Part shown: in pieces, positions 52,398-64,000 of the stretch | Layout of the letters: the number at the start of each line of letters is the position of its first letter | Numbering within the stretch: the first letter of the stretch is position 1 | Source of the DNA: Octopus vulgaris | Lineage: Eukaryota | Assembly: GCA_951406725.2 (NCBI GenBank) | Contig: OX597816.1 | Location: forward strand, 121,148,001 to 121,212,000 | Direction of reading: 5' to 3' | Length of the DNA stretch: 64,000 bases | Notes under the pieces: generated by a model | Databases searched by the model: none | Told to the model about the DNA's origin: nothing | Seen by the model: only the letters and a program-made list of their open reading frames with translations | Program-made: the position numbers and the translations under genes

Positions 52398-52794
52398 TCT
52401 TTATATATAAAAGTGAGGTTGTGTGTCTGTCTCCTACGATTTAGATTCCTAACTACTCCCACATTTTGCGGTGCAGTTTAACCAAAACCGGGTATCTTAT
52501 AGTCGTGATTCATATCGAGACCGTCTGGGTATTAGCGCGCGTCTACGATGAGTCTACGATTAAAAAAAAAATTTACCATCAATTTTTTCCCATTTTTAAT
52601 CCATTTTTGACATATATAAGGGAAGTAACTCTCTTAAATTTATTTTTAAATCTCAGAACGTAAAAAGCTACAGTAACACCCCCTCCCCCTTTGTGGTTAG
52701 CCATATTGAGATGGCTATTATACTTTACATCTCTAAAAATGCTTATATAATTATTTCCCTTACAAATCCGAGCAACGCCGGGCGATGCTGCTAG
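52398..52794 (+). mobile_element. Non-autonomous Helitron
   Basis: 5' A|TCTTTATATATAAAAG, 3' hairpin ccgagcaacgccggg, CTAG|T terminus and no TSD. Confidence 0.85.
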
Positions 52795-52895
52795 TATATA
52801 TATATGTATGTATGTATGTATATGCATGTATGTATTTGCACATATGTATATAAATATATATTTTATATATATATATACACACACACATATATATA

Positions 52896-54166
52896 CAGGG
52901 TGCGATGGGTAAATTATCGCCATTTTATATTTATATTTTCGCGCATGTGCATTTTTGATTTTGTCGACTACACAGTATAGTAGGGTCAGTTAGGCACCGT
53001 CTGTGAGAAAAACAGCACCATGAGGCAATTCACTCTGCCAGAAATTTGGAAACGACATGCTTTACTTCTTGGCATTCGCGCCGGAAGCTTCAATGCAAAC
53101 ATTTCAAAGTGTTTGGGTGTCAATCTGAGGACAGTGAAGAAGATTCGGAAAGAGTTGAATGCGTTTAATGGTGATTACGAAGGTACGGCAGCTCGGAAAA
53201 AAAGAACTCCTGAATTTGTTGGTGAGATCTAGGCCATGTTTGACAACGATCCCTCCAAGTCAATTTAGGTCAATCGCCAGAGACATAGGAATGTTTGAGT
53301 TTCTTATCAGGCAGGTAGTGCATGAAGACATTTGGTATTCCTCATACAAGATGATAAAGGGCCAGTTTTTATCCCAAGCCATCAAGGACAACAGGAAAGA
53401 CCGCGCTCCGAAGCTTTTGAGCAAACTCAAGTATCCCCTCCAACCGAACATGCTTTGGTTTTTCTCAAATGAGAAAAATTTCTGCCAGGATCAGATGGTG
53501 AACACGTAGAACAACCGTTGACTTGCCGTGTTCCCAAAACATGTACCGAGAGTGATAAAAATCAAACATCCCGTCAACATCATGTTGTTTGGAGTGATCA
53601 CTAGTGATGGCGACGTTATGCCTTCATTCATCTTCCCACACGGCCTCACACTCAACTCGGAGGCCCACATCAAGTGCTTGGAGGAGGTAGTGCTGCTCTG
53701 GGTCAAGAGAGTGGCTGCACGAAGGCTTTATGTCTGACAACAGGACTCTGAACCATGTCACACAAGCAGGAGGATCCAGATATGGCTGTCAGACAATTTC
53801 TGTGACCACATCACCCCTAACATTTGGTCACCTAACTCCCCAGACTGCAGCCCCCTTGATTATTATATGTGGGACACAGTTGAGCGAGAGACTAACAAAA
53901 CTTGTAACACCTAAGATGAACTGAAGGCAAGGATTATGGCAGCATTCGCCAACTTAAAGAAGGAGATCGTCCAGAAGAGTTGCAGGAGATTCCGAAGTCG
54001 TCTTGCAGCCATAGCTGAAGCCAATGGCGATTTTATTGAATAAATTTACTCCTTAGTATTTCAAGATATTTTTATGTAATTTTGGTAAATTTATCTGTTA
54101 AAGTGAGATGTCAGTGTTATTTTAATTTTTGAGTAATTTAGATGACAATTCATTTACTGCACCCTG
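52896..54166 (+). mobile_element. maT (DD37D) Tc1/mariner transposon, near full length, transposase pseudogene 53020-54043
   Basis: Ends are TA-cagggtgc...gcaccctg-TA. Translates to WFFSNEKNF, MLFGVITSDG and QQD-(37 aa)-D in WSPNSPDCSPLDYYMW, with stops and frameshifts. Confidence 0.95.
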
Positions 54167-54383
54167 TATACGCACAAACACACACACACACACACACACA
54201 CAAACAAACACGCACACACACACATACACACACACAAAAACACACACACACATACACACGCCCTCGCACGCACACACACATACACACGCCCTCGCACGCA
54301 CACACACACACATACGTACATACATATGTGTGTGTATGTATGTATGTATGTATGTATGCATGTATGTATGTACATGAATACAT

Positions 54384-54481
<98 letters not shown>

Positions 54482-55154
54482 GTGCATGCATACGTTTGCA
54501 TATTCGGGCAGTGGATTGGCTCAAGAGCATCAAAATAGTTTTAAATGACATATCATTGTCAACAGTAGAAATCAAATAGCTTTTGTTGGCAGCATTAGTG
54601 ACGCAGCATAGGAAATATCATGTGATATTTTGTTTAGTTCATTTATATTTGAATTCAAATCCAGTCTGCATCGCATTTTTATTTTATTCATCCGATTTTG
54701 ATTAAATAAAATATAACTCAATTGGGGTCAAGAAAACCGACTATACCATTCCTCCTACCAAATGGGTACGCTTCTGTCGATATTTAAACTAAGTAAATAC
54801 AATCACTTACTGTCTTATAGTCCCGACTATATCTATCATCCTCACAGAATGGAAATATTTCATCTGTGTAGGTAGAAAATTCGTATATTTTCAGCAGAAT
54901 TAGAAATATGAGATAGTAATATCAAAAGCAGTAACAAAAATACAAATGTTTTTGACTTGACTCGAGATCGAAAAAGTGTCGCTGTGACAACCATGAGTGA
55001 CCTACTAATTGCTTTACAATCTTCAGTCAATTAAATGTTTCGTCAGCATATAAAGGGCCCTATAGGAATTCTGTAAGATGAGTAGTCCAACGCTCTACCA
55101 TTCTGGGGTCATGACACTACCCCTTCTTTCTTTTATATTACGTACTGAAATAAT

Positions 55155-55600
55155 TTACGGTGACGAGTTGGCCGAATCGTTAGCACGCAGGATAAAATGC
55201 TCAGCAGTATTTCATCCGCCTTTGCGTTCTGAGTTCAAATTCCGCCGAGGTTGATAAAATAAGTACTAGTTAAGTACTAGGGGCCGATATGTTCGATTAG
55301 ACCCCTGCCCATAAAATTTCGAACCTTGTGCCTATAGTAGAAAGCACATAGTGGAATAAGAGGAAGGCAGCGAATTGTCCGAGGCATTACGGCGTCGGAC
55401 TGAATGTGGTATTTGTTTCGACTCTCTCCACTCTGAGTTCAAATCATGCCGAGGTCATGTTTACCGTTCATCCTTTCGAGGTCGATGAAAGAGTTGCAAT
55501 CCAAAGTGATGGATAGATAGAAGAAGGAAAATGTCAGACTGAGTGCCTTGTAGTATTTATTTGCTCCGATTCTTTGCATTCTGAGTTCAAATCCTGCCTC
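55155..55600 (+). mobile_element. Decayed SINE B cluster
   Basis: Three ctgagttcaaat B-box segments with family B flanks. Confidence 0.7.
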
Positions 55601-56849
55601 GATATACATGAGAGGATGACTTAAATCATCACACTAGTTAACACCACCACCCGGAACTTTGTATGCCTTTAGTGGAGTTCACTCTCTTACAAGCATTCGG
55701 TATAGGTCACCAGTTTGAAGACACCTTCTTCCTACTTTCTTCTCATCAGTGTCAGAGGCCCTGTTACGGATCATGAGCAGTGCTTTCACTCCTGATTAAA
55801 AGATTTAAATAAATAATTAAAAATCACAGCTTAAACATCTTTGATCATAGATCTGCTCGATCAGAGCTGACCCTGGGTTAAATAGTGCTCATACAAACTA
55901 TAGAAAGTGAGACACGTACGTTTACATTTACAAACATGTCTAAGCAGATAAAACTAAGTATATATTTGTCTGGTAAAGAAAAAAACTTGTTGCATGTACA
56001 CTGAAAACTCAGCAACAGCGTATGTTGCACTGAGAATAAAGACTGTTGAATATTGGTAATAAATTAGTGTTAACTATTGGGAATGAAACTAAACTCTTTT
56101 TATTGTAACAGTAACAATCTCTAATGCAAATTCATTTCACCATAAAATTAATTTTACAGCTGTTTTAATGCTTTGTACCAAAGAGAGTTAACTTTTAATG
56201 TCTTTGTCAAGGTTATTCAGATTGAAGTTTCACATAGATTTATTATTACTAAAATAAACGAGACAGAAGTGGAGACTATGTTGTTGCTGGTCCTGCTGGA
56301 AATAGCAGCTAAATCTTCACCGAATCACACTCTACAACCCCCCCCCCCCAAAGACATGTTGATCAATGTGGTTATTGGTTCCCTGGACATAGGAAATAAA
56401 AGGATATGGTTAAGGTTAGAATACCCTTTGATTATAGATCTCTCGATCAGGTCTGACCTAGGGTTAAACAACGATAACAACAGCCATGTTGATTATTCTA
56501 AAGGCGGTGATCTGGCAAACTCGTTAGCATGCCTGGCAAAATGCTTAGTGGCATTTCGTCCGTCTTTACGTTCTGAGTTCACATTCTGTCGAGGTTGATT
56601 TTGCCTTTCATCCTTTCGTGTATCAATAAAACAAGTATCAGTTGAGTACTGGGTTGACTTGCCCTTCCTCCGAAATTGCTGGCCTTGTGCCAAAATTTGG
56701 AACCAATATTAATTATTATTGGGAGCGTAATTGTTATAATAATTACTTCTGCCATAGGCACAAGACTGCATAAGTTTGGAGGAGTATAGTATCCCTACTC
56801 TACGTAATTTATGGTTTTACGACAATGAGATAAAATATCCCTCATCGTC

Positions 56850-58210
56850 AAGAAACTCTGGATTAAAGTGAGTAAGTGGACAGACTTAATAAAGATAGAG
56901 TAGGAGAGATATAGCAGTCAATGTACTGGTGACGAGAACGATCCTTGAAAATTTCTTCAATTCATAACTCATGCTCATGATGATTCTTAAGCAGCTCTAT
57001 AGAGTTAGTTGTAAGCGGTATGATGGTATGGTAACAAATCTACCATTAAATATTTGACGAGTCGCAGGGACGCGTGGTTTCAGATTTGAAAGTGATAGAT
57101 GTGCTTTCCAGGAGTTGTTTGCCCAACTATTTTGTGAGAACAGTGAGCTGGAGACGAAAGATGTTTGTGCTTTATCTCATCGGTTTGCCACTCATATCAT
57201 TAGAGGATGAAAGTGGTATGAAAAGTCGACAACATCATCTGAAATATTAGATAAACTAGACAGCAAGCTGAGCGAGAGAAAAATCAACAAAATTTGATGT
57301 CCCTGCATCGCTTCAGTGATGTCTTACTATCTTAAACCGTAACTTATCCCACAGAATACTTAACATTATGGGAACGAATGCTTTTCGCTCTAAACAGAAG
57401 GACCAGCTGTTAGCAAAATACATAGTAAGTATGGATGCCGTTTATCAAGCATGCATTCCCATATCTCATATCTTTAACCGATCTGTAGTCGTGGGTCAAA
57501 TTCACCCCAGGATAGATGTATTGCCAGGCGCTTGCAGGCGCTACCAATGAGCAATGTGGTCGATGGGATGTCAGTTCTTATATTCTGTTATGGAGGGATA
57601 TGAATGACAACGTCCTTGGAAATACCCTGGGCATTGATAAGAATGTTTCCTCAGAATCTCAGGCTAGGGATTTTCAATAGTTTCCAAAAACCCTTGGCCA
57701 GGAAGGTAGAAATTTTTCAAGTGCAATCGTACGTTTAGCAGTCATGTTCATGTTGAGAACGAATGCGAACGAGGAAACTATCTTCTACGCATTTAGTAAA
57801 TTTCCACGGTTTGTTGACCTATGGTGTTATGGAGAATAAGTTCTTTTTATTACGTGTACTACGGTTTGTCACTGAGTCCTTTTGTGAAACTCGTCCAGTT
57901 AGTTATATTTCTTCAACAAGGAAGGATAGAAAATTTTCCTTTGTCTTGTAATTTTAGTAAAACAGGTGGACGAGGTTGAAAGGACAGAGGTCATGGTCTT
58001 TACCGACCGACAGAAATCTAATTAAGTACTATTCGAAGCGGAAGGTTGAAGGCGGAGAAAAAAGTGCTTTCATCCAGCAAATTTTATGAAAGGTGGAGAG
58101 AACGCACTTTTGGCTTTGATGAGGACCGGTCGTTTGATTTCACCTGGGACTTGAAGCTGAAAAAGACCATACATAGGAGCTGGTCGCGGCATTTGGTTGC
58201 CATTCTGGGG
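56850..58210 (-). mobile_element. Heavily decayed LINE ORF2 (endonuclease-to-RT linker), tentative
   Basis: Complex non-simple sequence with only scattered LINE-like peptides on the minus strand and no intact motif. Confidence 0.35.
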
Positions 58211-58689
58211 AATTTATGTTTGATTATATTTCATATAACTTTGCAGACATGTGTGTGTGTGTTTGTCTGCGTACATGTGCGCGCGCGTGCGTGTGTGTGT
58301 GCATGTATATGCAAATATATATTTGTTTACTACCCACAAGGGGCTAAACATAGAGGAATTTGAACTCAGAGCGTAACGGCAGACGAAATACGGCTACGCA
58401 TTTCTCCCGGTGTGCTAACGTGTCTGCCAGCTCGCCGCCTTTGTATATGCAAATATATGTGTGTGTGTGTGTGTGATGTGTGTGAAATATACTCACATAT
58501 ATAGAAATTATTTATGTGCGTGTTAGTGTGAAACCTAAATTCACATCTAAAAGTGTGAATTTAGGTTTTGTGTTTTGAAATACCTTTTTCATTTGGATTA
58601 ATTTTTATACAGCCATAAAAGTTTTGTCTTTACTGTTGGATTTGAATGTCTTGTAGTTTAGTTAACCGCGTGGCAAATAATGTAATCCC

Positions 58690-58744
<55 letters not shown>

Positions 58745-59302
58745 GAGTGAGAGAGCACAGTGCATGCCATAAAAATGGCACTGGGGTAAAATATACAAAG
58801 TCCAGTATACCTATCATGACTGCCCGTCTGATAAGGGTACACCAGGCACATGCATCACAACTATATGTGCGCGACATGGTAATCTCATATCAAGATAAAC
58901 AGCGCATGACCTTGCAGGTAGGGCCCAGTTAGAATTTTCTTCTAGTCGAGTAACCCATCCTGCTCAAAAGGTTCTTGAATAAGGGTTATATAAGAATGTT
59001 GAACGAAACACCCATGTTTCCAGAGGGGAATTATTCAAACCCCAAAGAATCCCTCTCAACACATGACTATGATGCTCCCCCACTACTTCTGCTCGTGATC
59101 TCGTGATCAGTAATGCACATATCGTCAGCTACTAAGGGACATGCTCAAGGTCAAATAACTGACAAGCAAATCTGTGGTATTGAGCAGAATAGTTGTGGTA
59201 GCTCATCTTTTATACCAAGACAAAATAATATACATGATAACACTTCCAATCAGTTAAGATCAGAAGCCATGAGAGCCACTGCCTGGTACTGCATCAGGGC
59301 AT
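58745..59302 (-). mobile_element. Non-coding retroposon of about 560 bp embedded in an (AAT)n microsatellite
   Basis: Sharp boundaries against (ATT)n/(ATC)n on both sides. The minus strand ends ctctctcactc-(aat)n and no tRNA head was seen. Confidence 0.6.
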
Positions 59303-59363
59303 GGTACTGCTATCATCATCATCATCATTATTATTATTTTTATTATTATTATCATCATCATCA

Positions 59364-59430
<67 letters not shown>

Positions 59431-59819
59431 AACTGAGCTGGCAGAATAGTTAGTACGCCGGACAAATGCTTAGCTGTATTTCTTCCGGCTTCCCGTTCTG
59501 AGTTCAAATTCCGCCGAGGTTTACTTTGCTGTTCATTCTTTCGCGGTCGATGAAATAAGTATCAATCAAGCACTGGAATCGATGTAATTCGACTCTTCTT
59601 CCTTTTCCTTTTTCTGTCTCTGTCATTTGCATCTCCTCCTCCATTTCTCCATTTCTCGTCTCACTTTCTCTCAACTATCTTCCTCACCCCACCCTATCTG
59701 CAACTTCAACACCACCACCACCACAACCACCACTACAACCGTCCTTGCCACCACTACAATCACCACAACCACTACATCGATCACAACCACAACCATCACC
59801 ATCGCCACCAACTACCCAC

Positions 59820-60700
59820 ATTGGTCTCAATTTTTGGCTCAAGGTCAGCAATTTTTGGAGGGCGGTGATTTCATCGACCCCAGTATGCAACTGGTACTTA
59901 TTTTATCGATCCCGGAAAGATGAAACGCAATGTCGACCTCGGCAGAATTTGAACACTGAACGTAAAGACAGACGAAATGGCGCTAAGTATTTTGCCCGGC
60001 GCACTAAAACGCTTCTGCCAGCTCTCCACCTTCCCAACTACGAATATTGGTTTCAAATTTTGGCACAAGTGGGGGGGGGGGGGGCTAAGTCGATTACATG
60101 CATCCACCCGAGTTCAACTGGTACTTATTTTATCGATTCCAAAGGATGAAAACAAAGTCGACCTCGGCAGAATTTGAACACTGAAGACAGACGAAATGCT
60201 GCTAAATATTTTGCTGGGTGCACTAACGATTCTGTCAGCTCAGCGACTTACCAATTACCAATATTGGTTCCAAATTTTAGTTCAAGGCCAGCAATTTCGA
60301 AGGAAAGGATGAAGTCGATCACATCGATCCCCCAGTACTCAACTGGTACTTAATTTATCATCTCTGAAAGGACGAAAAGGCAAACTCGACCTCGGGGGAA
60401 TTTGAACTCAGAACGTAAAGATGGACGAAATGCTGCTAAGATTTTACTCGGCGTGCTAACAATTCTTATTTCTTTATTGCCCACAAGGGGCTAAACATAG
60501 AGGGGACAAACAAGGACAGACAAAGGTATTAAGTCGATTACGTCGACCTCTGTGCGCAACTGGTACTTAATTTATGGACCCCGAAGGGATGAAAGGCAAA
60601 GTCGACCTCGGCGGAATTTGAACTCAGAACATAACAGCAGACGAAATACTGCTAAGCATTTCGCCCGGCGTGCTAACGTTTCTGGCAGCTCGCCGCCTTA
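59820..60700 (-). mobile_element. Head-to-tail array of four SINE B units
   Basis: Repeated family B reverse complement with the linker ccaactaccaatat. Confidence 0.88.
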
Positions 60701-60754
60701 CCAACTACCAATATCGCCAATATCTCTGCCACTCTCATATTACCGCCGCTGTCT

Positions 60755-61410
60755 CCCCACCATCACCACCACCACCACCAACAACAACAACAACTACTAC
60801 TACTACCCCCATTACCTTCACCATTTCCACCTGACCCACCATTACCACTACTCACCACAACAACAACCACTGCCGTTGCCGCTGCCACAACCACTACAAC
60901 CACTACCGCTATCGCCACCAATACTATTAAGATCAACACTACCACAACCGCAACTACCACCACAAACACCGACAGCAACACCATCTACCACAATCCTTAC
61001 CATCTTCACCAAGTCCACCACCATCACAACCGCCATCACAACCACCATCATCATCACCAGCACCACCAACATCAACAACAGCAACATTACCCATCCCTGT
61101 TACAACAACCACCGCCACCATCACCACCATCACTATCACCACTACCATCACCACCACCACCACTAACAACACCAACACCAACATCACCACCGACACACTA
61201 CCCCTCCTCATTACAACCACGACCACCACCATCACAACCACCACTACAATCGTAACCACCACCACCATCACGACCGCGGCCGCTGCCACCACCACCACCA
61301 CCACCACCACCACCACCACCACCACCACCACCACCACCATCACCATCACCACCACCATCACCATCAACACCACCACCACCACCACCACCAATAACAACAA
61401 CAACAACCAT
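60755..61410. repeat. Degenerate (CAC/CAA)n trinucleotide low-complexity tract
   Basis: Directly visible. It generates poly-T/H/V/G ORFs. Confidence 0.92.
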
Positions 61411-61589
61411 TACACTTCTTCCACTCACCATCTGTAAAGTTTCTACCATATAAACTGAACGACGAGGGAATTGTTCCTGGCAATATGAAACTTAAGAGAT
61501 TTTCTCCAAATCTCACCGTTAACATTTCTTGTACCATATATATATATTATATATGTGTGTATGTCTGTGCGTGTGTTTGTGCGTGTGTG

Positions 61590-61624
<35 letters not shown>

Positions 61625-62133
61625 GCGTGTGTATATACACACACACACACACACACACATGTTTGTTTATCATTTATTCATTCCCATCTCAGAGGTTTGA
61701 CATTCGACCTTTCCTTCTATCACGTTTTCAATGTCTTGCTCTCTTGCTCCCATGGTAAACACACACTCATACACACACATTAGCATACACATGCACACAC
61801 ATACACATTCATATATGCGCACACATGCATGCACTATAACATGCATATACGTGTATGTCTGTATACAAGGATATGCATATGTGTGTTTGTGTGTAGGTGT
61901 GTGTGTGTGTATGCATAGGCATATATACATGCATATATACACGTCACACCCACCTAAACACAAACACACACACATACATAATAAATACATATACACACAC
62001 AAGAACTAAAATACTAACCATCATCATTCCTGAAATCGATAAAAAAAAAAAACACCGATAAGCCGGAATTAATGGTGGTGGTAGTGAAACGAAGTGATGA
62101 TTGCAATAGTCGTGTTGATGAGAGCAGCATCAC

Positions 62134-62169
<36 letters not shown>

Positions 62170-62382
62170 CGCTGGCGGCGGCAGTGGTAGTGGTGGTGGT
62201 AGTGGTGGTAGTGGTTGTCGTAGTAGTAATTGCATGAGTAGTAGTATTGGTGTCAGCTTCGAGGCTGGTTGTGGTTATGTTGGTGCTAGTGGTGACGGTA
62301 GTTGTGAGGAAGGGTAGTCTAACCAGTAGTTCTAGTACTTTATATACATATACATACACACACACGCATATATGTATGTATG

Positions 62383-62441
<59 letters not shown>

Positions 62442-62473
62442 TCACAAGCATCTATACATACATGCATGCATGC

Positions 62474-62532
<59 letters not shown>

Positions 62533-63502
62533 GATATATACTTGTCAACATTAAATACTGTTCCCTGGGAAAACCATTGGTCTGTCATTCCCAACCTTGT
62601 GCATCCACAGGTGGTGCATGGTTTACTAGCAAGTAATTGAAATATGTAATCGCGAACCCACTGATCAAGTCTCTCCGGGGCACGCTGCTTTAACTCTTAT
62701 CCTAATAGTACATAGAATAGCATAGCTGAATTTGCCTTTCCAAATGCTAGATCTTTTCGTTCTTGTTTTTGTTTTGTTTTTGTTTAAGGCAGCGGATAAT
62801 ACTTCAACACTGATCTGACTGAATTCCCTATAAATGTCTTCACTTCCCTATGGCTTCAATCTTCAATATCTGCTAACAGTCAGTAGAGTTCTGCTGCTGC
62901 TGCTGCTACTACTGTTGGTCATAGGAACACTCGTCTTAGGTTTCGTCCAAAAGAAGACTATTGGGCTAATTAATATTGGCAGATTCGCTCACTTCTTAAC
63001 ACGTTCCAACCACGAGACCCACTTATACAACTGGTACTACAACGGCATCATACTCATCTAAAGATTTAAGCTATCAAGCGCAGCAGTATATGTTTGCTGC
63101 CATGGAATATTTATCATCCCCCTTTTCAACAGTCCCGCTGTAACTCACTCGTTCTTCATACTTCATATTTCAAAGTAAGCACGATGTTGAAATATTTATC
63201 TCTTGAGTCCCCACCCCTTCCACCAAACATCACCACCACCTCACATCTGGAGTTACCCAACCCCACCTCACGATTTACACGCTTGAATCGATCTTCAAAG
63301 TTTCCAATCAAATCTCAAAAATTATTAATTTCACCATTCTAGGATTCCACTCTCTTTATCTGATAAATTATAAAAAAAAAAAAAAGGAATGCCTTCGCGT
63401 TCTATATTCAAATCCTATCCAAGCCGAACTTTGACCTTCATCTTTTGGCGTCGATAAAATATAGTTCCAGTCAAATACTGGGGTCGATGTAATCTGTAAA
63501 TC

Positions 63503-63573
<71 letters not shown>

Positions 63574-64000
63574 CTTCCATATACCTAAAATTAGAAATCA
63601 AGTTAAATAACAGAAAAAAAAAGAAAAGAAAAGCCAAAAAACATTTATGGCCCTCTCTACCTCTTTCCCCCGAACAAACGAGCCACTTAGAATATACTTT
63701 ACTATCTATTTTTCTAAATCTAAATCCAAATCTTATATTGGTTGATCTAGCTTTTTACACTTCCGGTGTTGATAACATAAACCACACAGCATGACATCCC
63801 ACAGAGCAATGATGGCCAGCTTATATGAGTTCCAAGATAGTCAACCGACAGGATATGGCAGTTTATTTCATGTAACTGATGCTTGTTTTCATACCGTAAG
63901 TCACTTTACTTCTCAACAATGTAGCCCCGTATACTTAGCTGCAAATAGGTTCCGCTAGCAGTACTGAAGTATTTCGTAAGGCTTGCAGTTCCGAGTCCTT

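Overview
AT-rich eukaryotic DNA with no recognisable host gene, probably intergenic or intronic. The SINE families and the microsatellite load suggest an octopus genome (recalled from memory, not searched). Nearly all long ORFs in the track are microsatellite artefacts. The window contains several tRNA-derived SINE families, CR1-like and RTE-like LINE remnants, Tc1 and DD37D (maT) transposons, a Merlin transposase remnant, two nested Merlin-like MITEs, hAT-type MITEs and non-autonomous Helitrons. The most notable signal is a set of about a dozen minimal type I hammerhead ribozyme (HHR) motifs. They sit in Penelope-like element (PLE) remnants, three of them directly downstream of GIY-YIG endonuclease sequence, and several are part of fold-back structures. 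One HHR has the core C3-G8 pair swapped to G3-C8. A separate two-copy RNA structure carries both HHR core motifs in permuted order. All coordinates were read by eye and element edges are approximate.
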